Below are positions 1-8,730 of a stretch of 27,731 nucleotides of DNA, one piece after another. The stretch's first letter is position 1; every line of letters begins with the position of its first letter. The position numbers and the translations under genes were made by a program. The stretch spans positions 1 to 27,731 of the forward strand of contig JBIQJB010000025.1 in NCBI GenBank assembly GCA_044507735.1, in the 5' to 3' direction. The notes below the pieces were generated by a model. It made no database searches and had not been told where the DNA came from. It worked only from the letters and a program-made list of their open reading frames with translations. This stretch comes from Nitrosopumilales archaeon (GTDB taxonomy: Archaea > Thermoproteota > Nitrososphaeria > Nitrososphaerales > Nitrososphaeraceae).

Positions 1-61
1 ACGGCTAGTCAAGCCGAACAACACCCCGCGAATTTGCAACAGAACTGTAGAGGGACAGAAG

Positions 62-67
62 TATAAA
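62..67 (+). promoter_or_regulatory. Putative archaeal TATA box
   Basis: TATAAA preceded by purine-rich GACAGAAG (BRE-like), 26 nt before an ATG at 88 and a hairpin-forming segment. Confidence 0.4.
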
Positions 68-386
68 GTGTCCTTACACCACCTCTGATGAAATGGACGG
101 CGTGTGTGGAAGATCGGGAGTTGACAAGGTCATCCGGTGAACGACAAGTTGTGCCGTTTCCGCCCATCACTGCATTGCCCCCTAATCGTAACATCCACAG
201 CTGAAAAGATACATGGAATGCTTAGGCTCAAGAGGAGAAAGACACTGACTGCAATCACTGCAAAGATGCCAAGAATGGCAAGAGCCTTCACCGAAAAGTT
301 TCAGCCAAATTGATGACACATTCTTCTTGCAATTGCAGCATCATGATATTAATTGAGGGACAAGGATATTCGATGAAAGGAAAAAA

Positions 387-830
387 ATGGTTCTTGAAAA
401 TATTCCAACAGGGTACGAGCTAAGATTTCTTGTTGGGATTGGAATTGCCCTTGCTGCAGGGTTTGCCATAGGCGCGGAAAGAGAGTCCAGAGGCAAGCCT
501 GCTGGCATAAGCACACACTGCCTCGTGATAGGCGGATCGGCAATCTTCACTTTCCTTTCGTCAGTGGTTGATCCGGATTCATCATCAAGGATCGCCGCAC
601 AGATAGTGACAGGAGTGGGCTTTATTGGCGCAGGAATCATACTGAAGAGCGAGTCAGAAAGGAGGATTACAAACCTGACCACGGCTGCGGCTATCTGGTA
701 TGCCGCAGCGCTTGGAATGGCCATCGGCTATGAGTACTATTTCATGGCTGCTGTGGCCACTGCCTTTGCAGTCGGAGTCCCAAGGATACCGCACATATCC
801 AAGTTTGTGAGAAAAGGTGAAGAGGAATAG
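387..830 (+). CDS. MgtC/SapB family membrane protein (N-terminal domain only)
   Basis: GAERESRGKPAGISTH, RIAAQIVTGVGFIGAGII and LTTAAAIW match MgtC motifs. At 147 aa it has no C-terminal ACT-like domain. Confidence 0.9.
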   Translation: MVLENIPTGYELRFLVGIGIALAAGFAIGAERESRGKPAGISTHCLVIGGSAIFTFLSSVVDPDSSSRIAAQIVTGVGFIGAGIILKSESERRITNLTTAAAIWYAAALGMAIGYEYYFMAAVATAFAVGVPRIPHISKFVRKGEEE

Positions 831-1252
831 GGGACAGCGGCTGCTGCTCACGTGCAGATCCCTAGCTCAATCGTTCCCATTCATGAAATTGGTGAGTGGG
901 AAAACCTGCAGGCGATGCAGTTTGGTTCCTTCTTCAGATCCATGATGCTTTTTCCAGGCTTCCCGCTGTCCACGTGCATGCGACAAGAAGGGCCATAGAC
1001 TGAACAGAGTGGCGGAGGAAAAGTGTGAGGCACATCTAGTAACCCCATTGGCTATACCAGATTATGGGTTGGTCAGGCGCCGGAACAGACGAGGTACGTG
1101 ATACACGCTTGCGCATGCACATTCAGAAAACTAAGGGTGGCCCCGGCGCCATATATGCTGACAAAATTAGGGTCCGGTGTTTATAACTGAGGCATTTGAA
1201 CATGGGGGCGTCAGGGGCAGACTTCCAATATCTTTTATAATGGGAACAACTA

Positions 1253-1441
1253 ATGATCCCTGTGCCAGAATCGCAAGTACCAGACCTAAAGCAAATGCAC
1301 TGGGACATTGCAAAGTTGTTAGAGATGGGTGTGGATGCCAATTTTCTCCAAGAGAGCAACGTCACACCCGAGCAGGCACGGGACCTGGTCAAGGGCCTAT
1401 TGTACCTGCGGGAAAGGTTCGGTAGGGAAGAAGAAGAATAA
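1253..1441 (+). CDS. Small hypothetical protein (start may be GTG 1262)
   Basis: Amphipathic helical sequence with an acidic tail. TTTTATAA at 1233-1240 fits a leaderless GTG start at 1262. Confidence 0.7.
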   Translation: MIPVPESQVPDLKQMHWDIAKLLEMGVDANFLQESNVTPEQARDLVKGLLYLRERFGREEEE

Positions 1442-1825
1442 CAATAGTAGTAGCGATACCAAGATTCGCTGTTATTATGATTTCAGGGCCATGATAGGCG
1501 TTCAGCCCCGTTTAGTAAACACCAGCTACGAGCTTGTTACGACTCGATGCCAGCATATTGGCAGGCAGACTTGATCGGTTCAGCAGCAGCAACTCCCTCA
1601 AATATCGCAGCCTCTTCACAAAGATTTTCCCTGACATTATCCTTTGCCGATCAGCCTTTTCTCTACCTGCCCCAGCCCAACCTTATTGCATTCCAAGATC
1701 ATTGATCGTATTCCAGTGCATGGACTCTATAGCGCTCCCGCGTCTTGAGCAGACTTGTCAATTAGACAATCAACGCTTATTCTCGACATCAAGCATTTTT
1801 ATAAACCAGCTCTTAACCTAGTGAA

Positions 1826-3094
1826 GTGGCGACAGAGCAGCTATTCGTTAGCATCGTCATAATACTAGTCGCCGCGAGGGTGCTTGGCGAACTCTTCCAG
1901 CGGTTCAGGCAGCCGCCCCTGGTCGGCGAGCTCTTGGCAGGAGTCATCATAGGCCCTTCCATACTGGGGCTGGTGTTGCCCAACCCGGATCTCCATGTTC
2001 TATCCGACCTCGCAGTGTTCTTTCTGATGTTCCTTGCAGGCCTTGAAATGGATCCAAGAGAGATCCGTCGTGCTGGAAAGGCCGCAGTAGTTATCTCCAC
2101 AGTTGCATTCTTTGCACCACTTCTTTCAGGTACGGGAGTCTCGATGCTATTTGGCCTAACAACCGTGCAGTCTCTGTTCATGGGACTTCTCCTTTCGATC
2201 ACCGCAGTCCCTGTGAGTGCGATGGTGTTGATGCAGTTTGGCATATTGAACAGCAGGCTGGGCAACACGGTCATGACTGCGGCAGTGATTAACGATATTT
2301 TGTCATTGATCGTTCTTTCGATTATCCTTCAAATAGCTGCTACTGAAGGTACAGACGCAGAAGTCGACTTTAGCAACGTTGCATGGTCCGGCGCAAAAAT
2401 CGCGGCATTCCTTGGCGGCATCTTCTTGTTTGACATATTATTCCGCAAGTCCGCCTCATGGCTCCCAAGCAAAGTCGAGCCGTTCTTTCAGAAATACCTG
2501 CAGACAAAGGAAGCAGCGTTTGGGATATTGCTCATAACCACAATAGCCATATCACTCATTGCGCAAGACATCGGGCTTCATTTCATCATTGGCACCTTCT
2601 TTTCTGGCCTGATCGTTTACAAGGAAGTAATTGGTCGGCAGAACTTTAACAGAGTGTACGGGATAATTTCTGCAATAACTTTCGGATTCTTTGCACCGAT
2701 GTTCTTTGCCATCATTGGCATAGAGTTCAACGTTCAGGCACTCGTGAACGCAATTCCACTCTTCCTGGCTCTCCTGAGCGTGGCTATCTTGACCAAGATT
2801 GCGTCCGGTTATGCTGGCGCCAAGGTTGCAGGATTTGATAAGGACATAAGCATGGCGATAGGCTTTCTCATGAATGGAAGAGGGATGGTTGAGCTCGTCA
2901 TTGCATCGATAGGCTTTACTGCGGGCATTATCGACGCGACCCTCTTTTCTATCGCCATTGCCATAGGACTGATCACAAGCATAGTCGCGCCGATCACTTC
3001 GCGCCCGCTGATCAGCAAGGCCAAGGAAAGGGGAAGCGAGGCACTCAAGGCTACAGGCGAGCCTGCACACGAGGCTCACTCAGAGCCGTTCTAG
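1826..3094 (+). CDS. Cation:proton antiporter, CPA2/NapA-like
   Basis: About 12-13 hydrophobic segments with motifs GELLAGVIIGP, FLMFLAGLE, SITAVPV, AAVINDI and GRGMVELVIA. TTTATAAA at 1798-1805 precedes the GTG start. Confidence 0.92.
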   Translation: MATEQLFVSIVIILVAARVLGELFQRFRQPPLVGELLAGVIIGPSILGLVLPNPDLHVLSDLAVFFLMFLAGLEMDPREIRRAGKAAVVISTVAFFAPLLSGTGVSMLFGLTTVQSLFMGLLLSITAVPVSAMVLMQFGILNSRLGNTVMTAAVINDILSLIVLSIILQIAATEGTDAEVDFSNVAWSGAKIAAFLGGIFLFDILFRKSASWLPSKVEPFFQKYLQTKEAAFGILLITTIAISLIAQDIGLHFIIGTFFSGLIVYKEVIGRQNFNRVYGIISAITFGFFAPMFFAIIGIEFNVQALVNAIPLFLALLSVAILTKIASGYAGAKVAGFDKDISMAIGFLMNGRGMVELVIASIGFTAGIIDATLFSIAIAIGLITSIVAPITSRPLISKAKERGSEALKATGEPAHEAHSEPF

Positions 3095-3529
3095 AACTTC
3101 TTTTGCAGGCATGGCCTGATGCCACAGCGTATCAAACACATGGCGTTGCTGCACCACAAGCTCCCTCACGTCGCTATGCACCAGACTTGTAAGGGTGTTG
3201 CCATGCTTTTCGCCAGCCACATATTCGCTGTCACTGACCGCAAAGTTCCCCCGGACACCACCCAGGTGGCGAAGCTCGGTAACAACTTCCATTATCTCCC
3301 TGCAGTGCTTCAGGTTGTCCTTTGTTATCTCCGTTATGTACAGTATTTTGACGCCGCGGCTTTTTGCATCTACGTACCCCTGCTTTACTTTGCCTACAGA
3401 AAACTCGGGAAGCGAAGAGTCCACGCATGCTCCCCAGAAAGTCCTTGTGTTGGCTTGGAACTTTTCGATCGCCTGTACTATTTTCTCAGGGTCTGTCAGA
3501 ACGTTTACCTGCGGGGGCAAGTTGCTCAT
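3080..3529 (-). CDS. Stand-alone domain resembling the N-terminal (TrmB/PLD-like) input domain of Nitrososphaera histidine kinases
   Basis: RGVKILYITEITKDNL, ELRHLGGVRGNFAVSD and QQRHVFDTLW resemble that repeated input domain as I recall it. No HisKA or HATPase domain. ATG 3529 is preferred over the ORF-track start at 3544. Confidence 0.7.
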   Translation of the reverse strand: MSNLPPQVNVLTDPEKIVQAIEKFQANTRTFWGACVDSSLPEFSVGKVKQGYVDAKSRGVKILYITEITKDNLKHCREIMEVVTELRHLGGVRGNFAVSDSEYVAGEKHGNTLTSLVHSDVRELVVQQRHVFDTLWHQAMPAKEVLERL

Positions 3530-3615
3530 ATTGAATGGCACCACCTTATAATTTCTGTCGGAAAGGTGACCGGATACTCAAGCCTTAAATAAACTGGAAC
3601 AGTTCTGCAAGAGGC

Positions 3616-4005
3616 ATGCAAGGGCGAATAATGGCCATAGATGACGAGCCGGACATCCTAAAGATAGTGGAATTGTCGCTGTCAAGATGGGGATACTCAA
3701 TTGACACGTTTACCGATCCTGTGCAGGCCCTTGACTCGTTTCGCAAAAGCCCACAGCAATATTCGCTAATCCTCACGGATGTTAACATGCCTGGGATGAG
3801 TGGATCGGAACTTGTCATTCGTGCAAGAAATGCAAGGCCAGACATCAAGGTGATGGTGATGACGGCGTTTGATGTCGACAGGGATCTGAAGAAGGCCCTT
3901 CCGGCCCTCGAGGGGGACGGGTTTCTGCAAAAGCCTTTCAGCGTGGCCGACGTGTGCGTTGCAGTCAGAAGGCACATGACTGAAGCGTCTACGCAGGGCG
4001 GCTAA
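3616..4005 (+). CDS. Single-domain response regulator (CheY-like receiver)
   Basis: Acidic pocket IDDE, phosphoacceptor in LILTDVNMPGMSG, conserved MTAF and LQKPF. Confidence 0.95.
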   Translation: MQGRIMAIDDEPDILKIVELSLSRWGYSIDTFTDPVQALDSFRKSPQQYSLILTDVNMPGMSGSELVIRARNARPDIKVMVMTAFDVDRDLKKALPALEGDGFLQKPFSVADVCVAVRRHMTEASTQGG

Positions 4006-4051
4006 CAAAGGTATAATTAGTCAAGAAGACACTTCCATAACCAACCACTTT

Positions 4052-4915
4052 TTGGAAAGATCTGTAGTTTTCAGCGAGGCTAGAAAGGCAGCTTGGGTCT
4101 CAATATGGACACTTGTAGGGATCGGCGTGGCCGAGATCCTTGTGTCCGTGTTCACGGGCAGCCTCGCGCTCTTGGCCGATGGCCTCGACTCGATGGCCGA
4201 CGCTCTCGTCTCGTTCATCGTTTGGTTTGGTATCAGGATGCTGCAAAAGCCAAAGAGCAGGCTATTCCACTTTGGCTATGCCAAGATAGAGAGTCTGGCA
4301 GCGTTTATCGCGGCTGTGGTCATACTGGTGCTGGCCACCTTCATCATCTATCACGCATACGAGCGTATTGTGCACCCCGTGGAGGTGCAGAACCCGGAGA
4401 TAGCCATGGCGACTCTGGCGGCCGCAGGCAGCATCTCGCTTCACAGGGCGTTCAAGGTACGCAGCGTAGCCAGAAAATACAATCTTGTATCTCTCAACCT
4501 GGACGCCAAGAACTCGATAAAGGACGGATCGGCTTCATTCGTGGGGCTTGCCAGCATCGTGGTTGGATACTTTGGCATTCCATACATGGACGCGGTAGGC
4601 AGCATAATCATTGCCGTCTACATCTACTTCGTGGCGGCCGCTGCATTCAAGGAATCGACCCTTATTTTGATAGACGGAGTAAAGCACCCCGAACTTGGGC
4701 AGCAGATATCAAATCACATTGAAAACAAGTTCAACGTCAAGGTGGAAAAGATCCTTCTCAGGCCGCTTGGCCACAACTTTTCAGCGCAGGTGCATGTGGA
4801 GCTGGACCGGAACCTGACACTGGAAAAGGCGCATGAAACCATGACGCTAATCCGCCAGTCTGTCCTGGAGGACTTTAAGGCAGAGGATGCAGTCATAATA
4901 CCCAAGCCAATATAG
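4052..4915 (+). CDS. Cation diffusion facilitator (FieF/CDF family)
   Basis: GSLALLADGLDSMAD, FHFGYAKIESL, six TM segments and a C-terminal dimerisation domain (QVHVELDRNLTLEKAHE). TTG start. Confidence 0.93.
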   Translation: MERSVVFSEARKAAWVSIWTLVGIGVAEILVSVFTGSLALLADGLDSMADALVSFIVWFGIRMLQKPKSRLFHFGYAKIESLAAFIAAVVILVLATFIIYHAYERIVHPVEVQNPEIAMATLAAAGSISLHRAFKVRSVARKYNLVSLNLDAKNSIKDGSASFVGLASIVVGYFGIPYMDAVGSIIIAVYIYFVAAAAFKESTLILIDGVKHPELGQQISNHIENKFNVKVEKILLRPLGHNFSAQVHVELDRNLTLEKAHETMTLIRQSVLEDFKAEDAVIIPKPI

Positions 4916-5616
4916 CCGCAAACAATATAGGAACTGGATCGAGCATTGCGGGAAATCATGATGGTGGAAATTAGATACGGGGCTGCAGACAAATGAAGCC
5001 GGCGAACCTGCGATTGAACAAAATCAATTCGTGTCGAGAATACCCATGGCCTTTGTTGGCAGGACACCAGAATTAGGCCCGTATTGAAACTCGATAGATA
5101 AGCAAGCCTTTTTGTGCGTTCATAAGCAGGACACTTTGATACGCTGAGAGTACAGAGTCTTGTCTGCGCACAAGAGGGGATCAGTTTAACGGCATACCAG
5201 TAGCCCCATACGACTCGCGTCTGCCGACCCTTTGGAGTAGAATCGCGCGCGGCTGGGTCTTGCAATTGCTCCCTTTCAGTTTGCCGCCATTAGAATCAAA
5301 CCGGGATGCAAAGTGTCAGGAATTCGCGTAATCTCATGACGGAATATGTCACAAAGGCAATTCTATGATTCCTTGCACAATCTGACTCTACTAGTACCTA
5401 GCACCGTTATTTTTTAATTATAAAGCCTCGAAAATGAGTCGAAATGCGTTCCCAGAACATACTTGTCAAAGACTACAACAAATTGCAATTGCAGTTTGCG
5501 ATATGCGATTCGTGCTGCTGGTGCGCGACCTGCTTTGGTTATGTCCCGAGCAGGTGTCCATTGTGTCAGTCGCGGCTGAACTCCATGAACTTGGGACCAA
5601 GGAGGCAGGTTACAAG

Positions 5617-5859
5617 ATGAACATTGCAGGCGGGGACGATCAGATAGTCGAGGCCCGAACGTGCGGCGACCAGAAGAAGCGAGTGGCGTACAAGTTCATG
5701 GATGGCTTCCACAGCCTGTGCCTTGACAAGCGAGACATCATGCTCAGAGAGATAGTCGCATGCGAAACGCTCCTGCGCGTCTGCCGCGACGAAGAGGATC
5801 GCAGGGCAGTCGAGAAGGAAATTGCCGAGCTCAAGATGGCCCTTGACCTGATGCCTTGA
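5617..5859 (+). CDS. Hypothetical protein with C-terminal coiled coil (start uncertain, ORF open from 5434)
   Basis: The C-terminal 80 aa look protein-like (EEDRRAVEKEIAELKMALDL). GGAGG at 5601-5605 precedes ATG 5617. Confidence 0.65.
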   Translation: MNIAGGDDQIVEARTCGDQKKRVAYKFMDGFHSLCLDKRDIMLREIVACETLLRVCRDEEDRRAVEKEIAELKMALDLMP

Positions 5860-5872
5860 CGGTATATTCACG

Positions 5873-6289
5873 TCACATGAAATAATCCTTATTCTCTGCA
5901 ATATATGGCAAAATCTTTTTGTTGATTATCGAGTCTGCTTCTGCGTCAACATCAAACGACATGAGCAGCAGAAGCTTGTTCTTCCCGGACGATTTGATCG
6001 GAATCGTGGCTCTCACGAGCCTGCCATACCGGCTTATGGAAAACTGCAGCTCTCCCATCTTTGTCTCGAATGTTTCTCTGGTTGCGGTGCGTATGGCGGC
6101 CTGAACTGCATAACGTGATGTCTCCTCTTCAGTAATGAGCGGGACAAGACCCTCTCTGTATGCCATGGCCATCAGGTGCCCGAGATGATTGGATATGCCT
6201 GCAGACTGTATAAAATGATCCTTCTGGAGCACGTGTTTGCAAAAGTCGTCCAAAAAGTCGTCCTTACGACTGTCTTCTATGACACGCAT
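5873..6289 (-). CDS. DUF6659-like (roadblock/profilin-like) thaumarchaeal protein
   Basis: AGISNHLGHLMAMAYREGLVPL and RATIPI...LLLMSFD resemble this family as I recall it. Confidence 0.7.
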   Translation of the reverse strand: MRVIEDSRKDDFLDDFCKHVLQKDHFIQSAGISNHLGHLMAMAYREGLVPLITEEETSRYAVQAAIRTATRETFETKMGELQFSISRYGRLVRATIPIKSSGKNKLLLLMSFDVDAEADSIINKKILPYIAENKDYFM

Positions 6290-6414
6290 CTCTGCGTCTA
6301 GTTGAACGACACTTGTCTATATCCTTACTGGCCACAGAGGCGATGGTCATGGTATATTCTCATGGACCATGACTTCACAGAGTATTTTAGGTAACGTTGC
6401 GCAATAATACTCGA

Positions 6415-6615
6415 ATGCATGAGTTCCTCTCACCGCTGGAACCAAGATACAGACAGTGCAGGTGGTGCGACAAGAGATCACCTCACATTTGCTCCAGGTG
6501 CGGGTCTTGCTACTCGTGCCATCCGAAGGTTGAGAGCGTTGAGAGAAAGAGGGTGCCTGCAAACATCAGCATGGACCAGCTGACCGACATTGAGAACCTC
6601 CCCCTCTCGGACTAG
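6415..6615 (+). CDS. Small Cys-rich zinc-finger protein
   Basis: CRWC-x7-CSRCGSCYSCH. ATG 6415 is preferred over TTG 6397. Confidence 0.7.
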   Translation: MHEFLSPLEPRYRQCRWCDKRSPHICSRCGSCYSCHPKVESVERKRVPANISMDQLTDIENLPLSD

Positions 6616-6657
6616 AGCCGCAGTGGTTATATCAAGGCGCGCGAAGCTTGGCGATGT

Positions 6658-8544
6658 TTGAAGTATTTTGTGGGTTGCTCAGGCTGGAGGTATGGAAGCT
6701 GGGTGCCTGCATTTTATCCAAGCACTCTGCTGCCGCAAGATTACCTTTCTTACTATTCGCGCATATTTGACATGGCAGCTGTCAGCATCCAGATGCGACC
6801 TGGCAACAAAAATATGCTCAAACGGTGGGCGAAGGAGACACCCGAGGCCTTCAGGTTCATAGTCAGGATACCACACCAAGCGGCTACCGAGCCCAGGATA
6901 CTTGGACAATTTCTGGAGGCCCTGGCGCCTATAGAGGAAAAGACACTTGCAGTGGTGGTGCCGGTGCGGCCACAGCTGACTCTGCTGGAAGGCAGAGAGT
7001 GGCTGGAAGAGATTCTTGCCACATGTGTATACCATGGATATTCTGCAGTGGTAGAGTTTGCCAGCAGAAACTGGTCGCAGGACATCACCTACAACATCCT
7101 GCGCAGGCACGGAGCGGCAGTCTTGTGGTCAAACAGGTACTATTCTGATCCAGTAATTACTTCTGACTTTGCCTGTCTTCACCTGTCTTCCAGAGGCAAT
7201 GACAACAACAACTATGACGATGAAGCATGGATTGGAAAAATAAAAGAGCTGGCAGATGGACGAGAGAACCTGGAATTCGCTAGCATAATAGTGGACAGTC
7301 CGGATAGGGCGAACAGAGTGCTAAAGATGCTTGGCATGCAGGAAAGGAAATATGCCTTTCCAACACCGACGCCGTTTTTTTCATCGGAGGAAAAATGGTC
7401 CGGCAGGGTCGTCATGTGCGTGGACCTTAACGCCTTCTACCCATCATGCGAGGAACTTCGAGAGCCGGCCCTGGCAGGCAAGCCGCACGCAGTGATAATG
7501 ACTGACCAGAAGGACAAGATAACAAAGGGCGTTGTCTCTTCCTGCTCGTACGAGGCAAGAAAGTTTGGGGTCCAGTCGGCCATGCCTCTAGCAAGGGCCC
7601 TTGCTCTATGCCCACACCTCATCCTACGCCCGGTGGACATGCCGTACTACCAGCAAGTGTCGGCAAAAGTGATGGGAGTGCTTGAGCAGTTTGCAGACGT
7701 GCTGGAGCAGGCAAGCATCGACGAGGCTTTCCTGGACTGCACAAGCGCGGGGGCGGCAGACCCCTTTGGACATGCGGCCCAGATAAAGGCCGCAGTAAGG
7801 GAGCAGTGCGGCCTCAAAGTATCTGTTGGCGTGGCGGGATCAAAATCGATAGCAAAAATTGCGTGTGATTACAAGAAGCCAGATGGGCTCACAGTAGTGC
7901 ACCCACTGAAGATGCGCGACTTTCTCGCCGGACTTGAAGTCTGGAGGATATCAGGTATCGGCCCCAAGACGCAGCAGAATCTGAAAAAGATCGGTGTTGA
8001 GACCATAGGGCAGCTTGCAGCGTGCGACGTGCAAAAGCTGAAGGACATGTTTGGGAAAAAGGGGCTCTGGATGTGGAAGGTCGCAAACGGCTCAGACGAC
8101 GAGTCGGTCGAGCCCAGGGAAGACCACGTCTCGCTCAGTACCGAGCATACCCTGGATGAACCTACGAAGGACAGAGACAGAATACTTGAGGGTCTAAACG
8201 ATCTGGTGGAAGACATTCATGACAGGGTTGTCCGAAACGGCTACATGTTTCGGACCGTCGGCATCAAGCTCATGAGGTCCGACTTTTCGATAGAGACTAG
8301 AGAGACATCGTTCCCCGAGCCGCAAACAGGGCTCCAAGCCATCGCGTCGATGATCGAGCCTCTGCTCAACAAGTTTTCCCTTGATGACCGCGCGCTGGCC
8401 ATAAGGAAGGTCGGCCTGCGGGTTGCAAATCTATCATCCTTGAATAAAGAGGAAGCGAGCCGCCAGCCCAGTGCACAAAAAACCATCCTGGACTATTTAC
8501 CATCATCCGTGCCCATGCGCGATCTGAGTTCACAGGACCCCTGA
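6658..8544 (+). CDS. dinB: DNA polymerase IV (Y family) with fused N-terminal DUF72/YecE domain
   Basis: Residues 1-~225 carry DUF72 motifs (VGCSGWRY, FYP, LSYYSRIF, WAKETP..FRF, VEF...W). From ~247: VDLNAFY, SYEAR, SIDEAFLD, KKPDG, GIGPKT and a little-finger domain. PIP-box-like QKTILDYL at the C-terminus. TTATAT at 6627-6632. Confidence 0.95.
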   Translation: MKYFVGCSGWRYGSWVPAFYPSTLLPQDYLSYYSRIFDMAAVSIQMRPGNKNMLKRWAKETPEAFRFIVRIPHQAATEPRILGQFLEALAPIEEKTLAVVVPVRPQLTLLEGREWLEEILATCVYHGYSAVVEFASRNWSQDITYNILRRHGAAVLWSNRYYSDPVITSDFACLHLSSRGNDNNNYDDEAWIGKIKELADGRENLEFASIIVDSPDRANRVLKMLGMQERKYAFPTPTPFFSSEEKWSGRVVMCVDLNAFYPSCEELREPALAGKPHAVIMTDQKDKITKGVVSSCSYEARKFGVQSAMPLARALALCPHLILRPVDMPYYQQVSAKVMGVLEQFADVLEQASIDEAFLDCTSAGAADPFGHAAQIKAAVREQCGLKVSVGVAGSKSIAKIACDYKKPDGLTVVHPLKMRDFLAGLEVWRISGIGPKTQQNLKKIGVETIGQLAACDVQKLKDMFGKKGLWMWKVANGSDDESVEPREDHVSLSTEHTLDEPTKDRDRILEGLNDLVEDIHDRVVRNGYMFRTVGIKLMRSDFSIETRETSFPEPQTGLQAIASMIEPLLNKFSLDDRALAIRKVGLRVANLSSLNKEEASRQPSAQKTILDYLPSSVPMRDLSSQDP

Positions 8545-8730
8545 CCCACATCTTCCTGTCCTGTTTCATCACCACATGGTGGGAGGAGAGCGATGATTCC
8601 TGCACCCCCTGCTTCAGATCAACGTGTCGCCCATGAGGCACCCGTTCCATGACAGAAGCAGCGATGACGATAATAGAGTCGGCAACCTGTTGATTTAATA
8701 ATGATGGCATGATATTTTAAATCGCGTTAA

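Noticed and set aside
85-204. CTGATGA as a hammerhead core or C/D box, or an M-box riboswitch before mgtC
   Set aside because: No suitably placed GAAA and stems, the CTGA is too distant for an archaeal C/D RNA, and there is no M-box consensus.
4916-5433. Long intergenic region and ORF 4714-5265(-)
   Set aside because: No recognisable protein, tRNA, repeat array or terminal inverted repeats. The ORF overlaps the CDF antisense.
6508-6522. CYSCH as a c-type heme-binding motif
   Set aside because: It sits in a run of CxxC pairs in a protein with no signal peptide. A zinc finger is the simpler explanation.
8366-8710. Minus-strand 114-aa ORF overlapping the end of dinB
   Set aside because: No recognisable domain and a long antisense overlap with a real gene.
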